41,115 nucleotides of DNA from Octopus bimaculoides (lineage: Eukaryota): positions 75,724,715 through 75,765,829 of the forward strand of contig NC_068991.1 of NCBI RefSeq assembly GCF_001194135.2. The letters run 5' to 3'. Below are positions 9,857 through 21,256 of this stretch, piece after piece. Position 1 is the first letter of the stretch. Each line of letters begins with the position of its first letter. Both the position numbers and the translations under genes were made by a program. The notes under the pieces are model-generated. The model saw only the letters and a program-made list of their open reading frames with translations, was not told the DNA's origin and did no database searches.

Positions 9857-11039
9857 ATGACTACTAAATAATTAACCAAATAATTGCGATTGCTTACTTG
9901 CCCCAACACAATCGTGTTTGATACTATCAAGCTTGGTTAAGTAGCCATTCAAAATATGATGGCAATGACGATGACAAACTCTTGTATTCCTTCTATGTGG
10001 AGCCGTTCTTCAAATGAACATCAAAATAAAAAATGTTTAAAGCTAAATATGAACGCTGCGGATCACATATAAGGGTGAGAGGCACCATTGCGGCGACTCA
10101 TTTCGTCACCTTCCTCATTCCTCTTAATGTTACCCCTTACCCTTCTTCCTACATCCTCTTCACCGATACAAGCAAAAATCATTTGAGGAATATGGAAAAG
10201 AAATTAACTTTTCCAAAACGTTCATGCCTTTTTTTCACGCTCTTAGTGACAAATGAAGGACGTTTTAACACTGTCACCTGAACGGCTGCAAGCAACAGCG
10301 AAATCGATCTCAAATCACCCTATACCGTATTAAAAGTAAAAGGGAAAATAAAAAAAACAAAAATAATAATAACGATTGGATTATTTGGAATATTTACGAT
10401 TATATGTTTTTATTGGTGGCTCTTTTCAGTCATGGGTTATTTCGACGATGCAGTTCTTCGATCGTGTCTCAGTTCAATCATTTGTAAGTCAGAGCAGGAA
10501 CCAACACCAGCGAAAGCAGATGCAGCAATAACAGCAACAACAAGAATAACAACATCAACTAAGCAGTCTAAACTGGAATGATACCGGATGTAAATGCATT
10601 AACTTAACAACGAAATGATAACAATTGGAAAAAATTTCATGAAATTCTTTTGAAAAATTTGTTGAAAATTGGTGACAAGTAATAAAACGTGATAATAATT
10701 AAAATATAATAGATGAGAAATTACGAGAGGGGTAACAGTATGAATGAGAACTAATTAAATCAAATAATGAGATTAATTGTTCATAATGGTCGAATGAAAG
10801 ATACATTATTTAGTGAGGACTGTGTGAAATTGAAAGTGGTGGATTAAAAAAATGTGTGTGTGTGTGTGTGTTTATGTGCATATGTGTGTGCATACGTGCG
10901 TAAAACCATTAAGAACGCAACTGTGATACTTTCCTTGTAAACTATGTGGTTTCAAATTCGACGTAAGAGACAACTCTTTTTTCTGTCTGTGAAACCGTTT
11001 TCGACGATAGTCTTGTTATATACACACACCGTTATTATA

Positions 11040-11070
<31 letters not shown>

Positions 11071-12066
11071 NNNNNNNNNNNNNNNNNNNNNNNNNNNNNN
11101 NNNNNNNNNNNNNNNNNNNNNNNNNNNNNNNNNNNNNNNNNNNNNNNNNNNNNNNNNNNNNNNNNNNNNNNNNNNNNNNNNNNNNNNNNNNNNNNNNNNN
11201 NNNNNNNNNNNNNNNNNNNNNNNNNNNNNNNNNNNNNNNNNNNNNNNNNNNNNNNNNNNNNNNNNNNNNNNNNNNNNNNNNNNNNNNNNNNNNNNNNNNN
11301 NNNNNNNNNNNNNNNNNNNNNNNNNNNNNNNNNNNNNNNNNNNNNNNNNNNNNNNNNNNNNNNNNNNNNNNNNNNNNNNNNNNNNNNNNNNNNNNNNNNN
11401 NNNNNNNNNNNNNNNNNNNNNNNNNNNNNNNNNNNNNNNNNNNNNNNNNNNNNNNNNNNNNNNNNNNNNNNNNNNNNNNNNNNNNNNNNNNNNNNNNNNN
11501 NNNNNNNNNNNNNNNNNNNNNNNNNNNNNNNNNNNNNNNNNNNNNNNNNNNNNNNNNNNNNNNNNNNNNNNNNNNNNNNNNNNNNNNNNNNNNNNNNNNN
11601 NNNNNNNNNNNNNNNNNNNNNNNNNNNNNNNNNNNNNNNNNNNNNNNNNNNNNNNNNNNNNNNNNNNNNNNNNNNNNNNNNNNNNNNNNNNNNNNNNNNN
11701 TATATATATATATATATATATATGTATATACATATATATATGTATATGCACACCCGTCCACCCACACACAAACATATTGAAAATAACAATAATGAAAATA
11801 GAATGCTTAGATAATCTTATGGTAAACGAAAAGAAAATATGTAACGGTTTTCTTTTGGTCGTTTAAGACGACCGCTTGTCGCTGAACTAAAATTGACAGA
11901 AAAATTGAGATATATTGAATTAGACTTTCATAAAATAATTTCTCGGAGTTAATATACTTGTACGAAAAGGAAATGTGAATCTGATGCGATTTTTGATAAA
12001 TCTAATATAATTATTTTCGTACAAAAGCAAAAACAAAAAATATTGTTGTTATTACGAAGGACAAAA

Positions 12067-12478
12067 TGTTGAAAGGATTTGAATGTTATTGTTCTTGTAA
12101 TAATTTTAATAGTCGAAAAGTTATCTGCTATTTATTGTGTTGCTGTCACTGATCGTTCATTGTTGTCTGCAGCTGTCCACGTCAGTTTACCGTCCGTCTG
12201 CCGTCTCATCTCTGGAGTCTCTCAATGCTCTCTCTGCTGTATCCCGAAGCTCTCAGCCAAGTAGTCAAGGTACGGCCAATTTATAATGAGAGTTAGGGTT
12301 AGAAGGAAGCGCACCAAAAGATGAAATCGTCGCTGAAGCCTATTTCACGAAAGATCGTGATTGGTCAGGTTTTGTCGATCACGTGGGTAATATTCTAGTG
12401 AATCGCATGTAGAGATGTAACTGCTGAACATTCCCGCTATATATTCTTCCTAGAAAGCTCACATGGCGCTGTGTTACA
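12067..12478 (-). mobile_element. LTR-like unit (solo LTR or Penelope pLTR)
   Basis: Minus strand begins TGTAACA (12478) and ends TTCAACA (12067). It contains CACGTG (12380-12385), CCAAT (12364-12360), TATAAAT (12285-12279) and AATAAA (12136-12131) in U3-R-U5 order. No TSD found. Confidence 0.45.
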
Positions 12479-12824
12479 TGTTTTTCTGATTGTTACTGGT
12501 TGATAGTGATGGAAGTTAATAACAATGGTAGCAGGTAGATCTAATGGTCGTGGAAGGAGGGACTATAGCATAGTTGCTGGTTGTTCTCTCCCTTGGTTGA
12601 TGAGTGTGGTAGCTGGTACGTCTGTTGGTGGTAAGACGAGGGACAGTAGTAGTAGCAGTAAGAGTTAGCGCTCCCTGTAGCTTGTAGTAATCTTTAATCT
12701 ATCTAGTAGTGGCGTTGATTAAATGCAGTTTTTCATTTATAAGCTAACAGGGATCGTAGTGGTGGTCCTATTAAGGAATGCAGTATTGTTGGTGATGGTT
12801 GTCTTTCTTTCTCCGAGGTAGGAA

Positions 12825-13775
12825 CTTACAGGTGGTTGGTATTTGATAATGAAACACATTTCTTTGTTAATGCCTCGAGAGGGAAGTTTTAAAGTTATGC
12901 TGTTTTTTAACTGCACATGTTCGTATATGTGCACGAAGTCTTTTTTTTTTTCTATATTCCGTATTTTAATTTGCGATCTCTGCAGGATCATTCGTTGACG
13001 TAAATTCTTCGTGGGATTTCAAGTATACTGCTTCCCACATTCTGAGCAAATTATCAACTAAATTAGATTTTCAGATGCACATGTCATGATATTTTTTATT
13101 GTCCTTGTTTAAAACAGATATCTGATCCTTGTGTCAGATTAAAACATTACACAGTCAGGTGTTCAGCATTATTTTGTTGTTATTATAGTTTCGAGCTTGG
13201 CCTGTATTAGTATTTTTCCCTGATTGAAGAATACTCATTATGAGGGTGTGTGTTTGGAGGCTTTGGTTCATCGTAGGACCCTTCATTCAGTAACAGTATG
13301 TTATGGCATATAATATTGTAGGCCTCATTGTTTTTGAGTTTGTAGGAGGAGATGTATGATAGGACTTTCAATTTGTTTCTCAGTTTCGGTTAATTTACTG
13401 CATATTGAATCTCTGAGCTTCTTGAATTCCATTATCAGTTATGGATGGTAGGAAATGACTACCAAGAAGTTCACTCCTTGGAGTTTCATGTCTTGGATGT
13501 CTATATCTGATACTGTTGTACAAATCCTTTTGGGTAGGTTATAAGGGACATTCATCCTGCAATATCTCGGATGGCTTGAATTTAATTGATGATATTATTT
13601 GGATCTCTCGGTAGCCCATAGATTCGCAAATTAAGAGATTGTTTTCATCACCATCGATCTGTCAGATTCATATGCAACACCCTTGCCATTGAACATAAAA
13701 TAATTATTCTTTAGGATAAAGTTTAGTCCTATAATAAAGATCTTGTTTTATGCGATAGGGGATTTCACAACTATA
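12825..13775 (-). mobile_element. Decayed Penelope-like element: RT C-terminal half plus GIY-YIG endonuclease
   Basis: Minus-strand readings FILKNNYFMFNGK, MGYREI, SSHPRYCRMNVPYNLPKRICTTVSD (Penelope thumb motif), then a frameshifted GIY-YIG region with KNLRQRMILQRSQIK and terminal KEMCFIIKYQPP. Many stops and frameshifts. Confidence 0.85.
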
Positions 13776-13779
13776 TATG

Positions 13780-13982
13780 TAAATACATACAAACATATGC
13801 ACACACACACACACACACAAACGCACACACACACTCACACACTCATACACACTCATACACACACATAAACAGTTCTATTTTCTTTCTATTGTTAAAAAGA
13901 AGTGAAACAAAGCCAATACATGTCTTTATTGATGGCTCCTCTAAGATAATACAAACTCTATTTCAACGGAAGAGTTTACACA

Positions 13983-14021
<39 letters not shown>

Positions 14022-14031
14022 NNNNNNNNNN

Positions 14032-14075
<44 letters not shown>

Positions 14076-14462
14076 TTGAACTGGACGCCTGTCCATTGCA
14101 GTGCAAAGCTATTATTGTCATTCTTGTCCAGGTGAAACACATATGACACGCATATTACCACCAACACCACTACCAACACACCTAAACCATAACAACTGCT
14201 ACGAGGTAGTAATGTGTTGAGGTGCATTGATGCACTAATGAACTTGAAAATCGATCCCACGACTTAATGATTATGAGATATTGAAAAAAAAATGTTTTGT
14301 CCTCGGTTGAAATGCGTCTAACGATAGATAAGTTACTGCAGAGTTCAGTTGAGACTAAACAGCATCGACATTTTGGTTAACCAATAACATGTTACGGCGT
14401 GTGGACGTTGAGCGTCTCTACAGGCATGGATACACACATTCATACATATATACACACACACA

Positions 14463-14547
<85 letters not shown>

Positions 14548-14819
14548 CATGTCTTGTTTCTATTGATACTTATAGACGCACGACTGCAATCGTTATGCTT
14601 AATGGTCCACACAGATTATATTCCATTTTGCTTCCACTATAGAGGTTAGATAACTCCTGTGCGATGTAGTGTTAGTAGTTGTGAAAGATAGAGCAAATGT
14701 TGAAAATTTTGATTACATAACACAACTACTACTACTAATAATAATATTATAAAATAGTGTGATATAATAATTATATAAACATTCGTTTGTCTTAATTTAT
14801 AATGCATATCTATATCTAT

Positions 14820-14872
<53 letters not shown>

Positions 14873-15225
14873 CACACATACATACATACATGCATATATA
14901 CATACATACATACACACACACGCACACACACACAGACACATACATATAAATACATACATACTGCATATATGGGTAGAGGACGTCACTAACGGTGCTAATA
15001 ACATGAAATACGTAAACAAAGAAAAATGGAGAACAGGACAAATTAACACAGAGAAAGTACCCTTCATCAGTTGTCAGCTGTCTATGTACTCCGCATTTCT
15101 AGCATTCAACGACAATATGTGTTTTCAAAGACAGTTGCTCCCATAAATTCTGATATAAAACTTAGTGTCTATGGAGTGTCAATGTTAGGAACGAAAAAGT
15201 GACAGTGGAAGACAGACAGACAGAG

Positions 15226-15279
<54 letters not shown>

Positions 15280-15304
15280 ATAGATAGATGGATAGATTCA
15301 TACA

Positions 15305-15340
<36 letters not shown>

Positions 15341-15570
15341 TATATANNNNNNNNNNNNNNNNNNNNNNNNNNNNNNNNNNNNNNNNNNNNNNNNNNNNNN
15401 NNNNNNNNNNNNNNNNNNNNNNNNNNNNNNNNNNNNNNNNNNNNNNNNNNNNNNNNNNNNNNNNNNNNNNNNNNNNNNNNNNNNNNNNNNNNNNNNNNNN
15501 NNNNNNNNNNNNNNNNNNNNNNNNNNNNNNNNNNNNNNNNNNNCATACATACATACATACATACATATAT
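13780..15570. repeat. Cluster of (CA)n, (TA)n, (TACA)n and (GATA)n microsatellites with N gaps
   Basis: Read directly at ~13790-13865, 13980-14075, 14450-14545, 14820-14960 and 15215-15570. Confidence 0.9.
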
Positions 15571-15759
15571 ATAGAAAAATGAAAGATTATTATATAGCTG
15601 AATTGTTGTGAATATCATAAGCAGTTAATTTTGACAAGCCGGAAGTCTTATGTTTGATACGGTATCTATATCGGTCAGAAATAGCATCGCTATATCCCTT
15701 GGCATCACAGCCTACTATTTTAGAAATTGAAGGCATTCCATCGACAATCACTATTACTA

Positions 15760-15807
<48 letters not shown>

Positions 15808-16784
15808 TCTGGTTGCTGTTGTGACGGTTTAGGTGTGCTGGTAGTGATGTTGGTCGTAATTTGTGTACCATCACCACTACTACTATCACAACCAATAAAA
15901 CCACAAATAGAATGGTCTTTTATACAATTTAAGTCCGCATCAAATTTTTGGATGCTGTAGGTAGAATAGTTACTGCCAAAGCCGTGGCATTGATTATCCA
16001 TAAATATCATAACAAGTTAAATCTAATTATGTATTATATCATATTATATCATATTCCATTCCACAATAATCCGCATTTTATGTTACTTAACAAAACCACA
16101 CCACTTCATATCATATTACTCTTAGTTACTTAACAGAATTTTATATGCTATCAAATATCAATCGAATTGAATGCCGTATCATACGATAATCCTCAATATC
16201 ATTCCACGTCATATTACAGCAACACAGCATCTTAAATCAGCCGTTAGTTCTCTGTCTTTCAATCTACATCTTGTTATATTATCGTATAATATTAAATACT
16301 ACTGCACTCTTATCGTCAAAAATGACAGTTTTATTAATTATAGAGATGGCATATTCGTATAAAACGACAAGTGAAACTATTGATTAATTTCTTGCGTAAA
16401 GACTTCGCATTTCATATTTAGCAGTAAAATGCTACACTTTGATCTTAGTCCAAACGGCCGAAACCAATAATTCGTAAATGTGATAGTGCATGCCTCCTGC
16501 TGAAAACGATGGGCTGCAACGATATTAGTATATAGACACTTTAGCCGGCAAAATGAATCTTTACTTGTTTATTTATTTTCTACTAATAACATTTTTTCTG
16601 GTTCGATGATTTAACGATGGTTACAAAAATTTAATTAAAATTATGATATTATATAGCAAAACAGAAACCATAACACAAACAAACAAACGAAACAGAACAA
16701 AACATCATTATTTACAAAACATTGAAAGATTTACATTTGACTTCCGATATTCTTGTGTCCTATTATCATTATATTGAATTAAAA

Positions 16785-16964
16785 TTTGGGCACAAGGCCA
16801 GCAATTTCGAGGGTGGGCTTAAGTTAATCGCATCGATCCCAGTACTCAACTGGTACTTATTTTATAAACCCCGAAACGATGAAAGGCAAAATCAACCTCA
16901 GCGGAATTTGAACTCGGAACCTGAAGACGGACGAAATGCCGCCAAACATTTCGCCCAACATCCT
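16785..16964 (-). mobile_element. SINE family A, head end truncated
   Basis: GGGCACAAGGCCAGCAATTTCG...CAACTGGTACTTATTTTATAAACCCCGAAACGATGAAAGGCAAAATCAACCTCAGCGGAATTTGAACTCGGAAC aligns to 4440-4620. Confidence 0.85.
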
Positions 16965-17045
16965 AAGTCCTACCATCATAAGATTGATATAAAGTCCTAC
17001 CATCATAAGATTGATATAAAGTCCTACCATCATAAGATTGATATA
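16965..17045. repeat. Perfect 3 x 27-bp tandem repeat AAGTCCTACCATCATAAGATTGATATA
   Basis: Identical units at 16965, 16992 and 17019. Confidence 0.95.
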
Positions 17046-18235
17046 AAAAAATAGAAGCTCGATAAAGATTTCCCTGCTTTCTATTGCTATTCATAATTAT
17101 AAGAGTGTTCATGTTTCTCGTCCTACGTAACTCAAAACTAACCTCTTACTTCAACCTATTCTCATTTTAGTCTCTTCCATCCTTCTTTCGTCAACCGTTT
17201 GCAAGTTAGAACATCGTGGTAAACACTTCATCCTTTTATCCCTTTTCATTTCTCTTTTATTGTCACCCACTCTCTATCTATCCTTTTGCTCTCCCTTATT
17301 CATACACTACTAATCACGCTAGCAAATAACTACACATGGCTAATTATCTCGTGTGCATTATATCAAACTCTATAATTTTGCTTTATCACTTGGCCGTATC
17401 TTATGGCTTAATTACGCCTTCCACAACGTAAATAATTTTGTGCAATATATGTTTTATATCGGCCAAATTTGGTAACGAGCAGAAATAGATTTCTGAAACT
17501 CACTGATCTATGAATCTCATTTTTAAATAACCAAAAGTTTTACTCATATCTTTACATTCTCTTGGCCATCTACTTTACAGAATTCAATTATACTCTACTA
17601 GTATGTGTTTAATCACCCAGACATAACTATTATTCATTCACAATCCATGTAACATGCAAAGGAAACAATCGATGCACAAGTATATAATATGATGTAAGAT
17701 CGATAATAACGAGCAACGCAGGTGGTGATTAAAATTGTTGTGGCTGGAATCTCCTCAACGGAATGATGGTTCAAGTATGCGTTGCATAACTTTATTACAG
17801 AAACTTTAATGATAGCTTGGTCAATTGAAATCCCATAAAAATTATGGCTTTAGGAAACGTGAATATTTAGAATGTATTGATAATTGCAGATATATTCCAA
17901 GATGTGTGAGCTTTAATCATTATTCTTATTACATATACGCTCTAATTGTTCCTCAAAATTCTGTTTAATCTTATGGCTAAAATTATTCGCTATATATTAT
18001 ACAGTCATAATAATATATTGTATAGTTTATTAATCAAGTTACGGATATACGGTCACATACACACACACATACACACACACACACACGCACACTCATTTAC
18101 ACACACTCACACACACGCACACACACGCGCAGACTCACACACATAGCATAGATATAGTAGAACCATATACAACGAAAAGACACAAATCACTACCACTCTT
18201 GAAAATTCGCCCAGTTAGCGAAAGCAGCTTTTATT

Positions 18236-18397
18236 GGCGCAAGCTTAGCTGCGTAGAGTGAAGTTTGTTTCCAAACCACATGATTCCGGGTTCGGTCCCA
18301 ACGTGAGGTACCTTGGGTAAGTGTCTTCTACTATAGCGTGGGGCTAACCAAAGCCTTGAGAGTGGTTTTGGTACGGAAAACTGAAAGAAGCCCGTCG

Positions 18398-18436
<39 letters not shown>
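18236..18436 (+). mobile_element. SINE family B, 5' half ending in (GT)n
   Basis: CCACATGATTCCGGGTTCGGTCCC (B box)...CTTGGGTAAGTGTCTTCTACTATAG...ACTGAAAGAAGCCCGTCG aligns to 35170-35335. Confidence 0.85.
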
Positions 18437-18440
<4 letters not shown>

Positions 18441-18535
18441 TTTAGTGAGGAGGATTCATTGGAATCTAGGCACATGAACATGTAAAACGCTGCCCGAAAT
18501 GACTCGCTACGCTATCATACAGCTCAAAGTGAAGT

Positions 18536-18571
<36 letters not shown>

Positions 18572-19742
18572 TACGCACACAAACAGATACAAACACACAC
18601 ACATGGTATATTCTAATTTATTATCTTCTAAGAAGATTATTGGATTGATACGCTAAATGTTGAAGAACTGAGAGAAAACTAGTAATCGTTTTGGCGTAAT
18701 CCCTTACTTTTTACTAATATATATATATATATATATATATATANNNNNNNNNNNNNNNNNNNNNNNNNNNNNNNNNNNNNNNNNNNNNNNNNNNNNNNNN
18801 NNNNNNNNNNNNNNNNNNNNNNNNNNNNNNNNNNNNNNNNNNNNNNNNNNNNNNNNNNNNNNNNNNNNNNNNNNNNNNNNNNNNNNNNNNNNNNNNNNNN
18901 NNNNNNNNNNNNNNNNNNNNNNNNNNNNNNNNNNNNNNNNNNNNNNNNNNNNNNNNNNNNNNNNNNNNNNNNNNNNNNNNNNNNNNNNNNNNNNNNNNNN
19001 NNNNNNNNNNNNNNNNNNNNNNNNNNNNNNNNNNNNNNNNNNNNNNNNNNNNNNNNNNNNNNNNNNNNNNNNNNNNNNNNNNNNNNNNNNNNNNNNNNNN
19101 NNNNNNNNNNNNNNNNNNNNNNNNNNNNNNNNNNNNNNNNNNNNNNNNNNNNNNNNNNNNNNNNNNNNNNNNNNNNNNNNNNNNNNNNNNNNNNNNNNNN
19201 NNNNNNNNNNNNNNNNNNNNNNNNNNNNNNNNNNNNNNNNNNNNNNNNNNNNNNNNNNNNNNNNNNNNNNNNNNNNNNNNNNNNNNNNNNNNNNNNNNNN
19301 NNNNNNNNNNNNNNNNNNNNNNNNNNNNNNNNNNNNNNNNNNNNNNNNNNNNNNNNNNNNNNNNNNNNNNNNNNNNNNNNNNNNNNNNNNNNNNNNNNNN
19401 NNNNNNNNNNNNNNNNNNNNNNNNNNNNNNNNNNNNNNNNNNNNNNNNNNNNNNNNNNNNNNNNNNNNNNNNNNNNNNNNNNNNNNNNNNNNNNNNNNNN
19501 NNNNNNNNNNNNNNNNNNNNNNNNNNNNNNNNNNNNNNNNNNNNNNNNNNNNNNNNNNNNNNNNNNNNNNNNNNNNNNNNNNNNNNNNNNNNNNNNNNNN
19601 NNNNNNNNNNNNNNNNNNNNNNNNNNNNNNNNNNNNNNNNNNNNNNNNNNNNNNNNNNNNNNNNNNNNNNNNNNNNNNNNNNNNNNNNNNNNNNNNNNNN
19701 NNNNNNNNNNNNNNNNNNNNNNNNNNNNNNNNNNNNNNNNNN

Positions 19743-19825
<83 letters not shown>

Positions 19826-20703
19826 ATGAATACTGAAGTACACGATGTTTAGAGACCAAATATCAAAAAGTGTGCTTCGCCAGTTCGGTCACTTCGTTGC
19901 TTTTAGTTACTTTATATTCACGAAGACTATTAAATACGAAAAGAAAAAAAAAATCAGTCGAAGTAGAAGACGAAGAAATAAAAAGGAAAAAAAAACTAAA
20001 ACAACATATAACATCAAACGCATCGGCGCTAACAATAAAATAAGTAGAAGAAACGAAAAGCATAAAAAAAGAACAAGAAGATAATTATAATAAGCAGAAT
20101 TAGCATTACCAATTCACAAGCGTACCATAATTCATCGAAGAACTAAAGAAACTCCGTTCAGTAGTCGTCTATTTTAGCGTAATCGTTTCTTGGCAAATAT
20201 ATCGATATATGTAAATCACTATACCGTACTTGATTGAAGACAAACTTTTTTTGACATTCTATGAAATATATATTTCGAAGGAAAACTTCAAGCGATCCGT
20301 ACCAGAAGTGCACAACCGATACAAAAGAACCATTTATATAAAGTAATAAAAATTAGTGAATGTCAATGGAAAAATGGAAAACTAATAAATAATTTATTTA
20401 AACGACTATATCAGAAGAAAAAAACCGTAGATTGTTATTATAGCCGTTTTTATCTTTTCTTTTTTTTTTTACATTATATGAAAACTACCTCTCATTATAT
20501 CTATTTGTCTCGGTTTTACATAACGCAAGTATTTAGAGTGTTTGTTTTAGGTCTTCACACTATGAAGAATATTTTCTCATGTGAAAGATATCTCAAATTC
20601 AGTCCTTAAAAGGTAATAGTTACTAAAATTAATTCACAAAATATTTTGCAATTTGTTATAAAGCTCTTTAACATACACAACAGTTTATCATGCTGGAGTA
20701 AAA

Positions 20704-21256
20704 TAAGAGAGTAAACCAAAAATTATACGCATTCTTCTTTCTGTTATTTGTTGCTTTTTGGTGCACTTCTTCCAGCGGTCCACAGGCTTGCTTATTCCAT
20801 CAGCGAAGAATGTTTTTGGCTGGCCGCGCAGCCATTTATGTACCACTTTCTGTACTTCTTTGACTGTAGCAAATTAAAGAGCCAGTTAAGGATGTTTTAG
20901 CGGTCTAAAGTAACGATAGAATTAAGGGGCGAGGCCTGCATTGTATGCAGGGTGTTTCAGCAACACGAAACTCAATTTTTCAATGGTTTCAATGGCGTAG
21001 GCGGCCATATGCGGACGTGCATTGTCGTGGAAAAATAACACTCAATTTGACAATAGATGTTTGTGTTCTTCCTTGGTGCACACTGCCAGTAGTGCGATCA
21101 TGTTTACTCTGTAACATCAGAAAGAGAGCGTCCAGAGTGAAGCCGCGATTACATAACTCCAGGAGCACTACTTTTAGCAAGCGCACGCTGAACGCAGTGC
21201 AACTATCCTAAAGTAAGTTTGGTGAAAGTGCAGAGAATATTTTACTTTACCTTGTA
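20704..21256 (-). mobile_element. Internally deleted mariner (non-autonomous) with both TIRs
   Basis: Minus strand: TACAAGG terminus at 21256, N-terminal MIALLAVCTKEE fused to VLFFHDNARPH (21029-21009), decayed YSPDLAP motif (HPAYNAGLAP*FY), then VHKWLRGQPKTFFADGI and VDRWKKC. The TA-initiated 30-bp ends match 17/30 ungapped. Confidence 0.85.

Noticed and set aside
15064-15070. CTGATGAAGGG on the minus strand in a probable dispersed repeat
   Set aside because: No downstream GAAA or stem II in this copy.
16965-17045. CRISPR-like appearance of the 27-bp repeats
   Set aside because: The units are contiguous with no spacers, and the context is eukaryotic.
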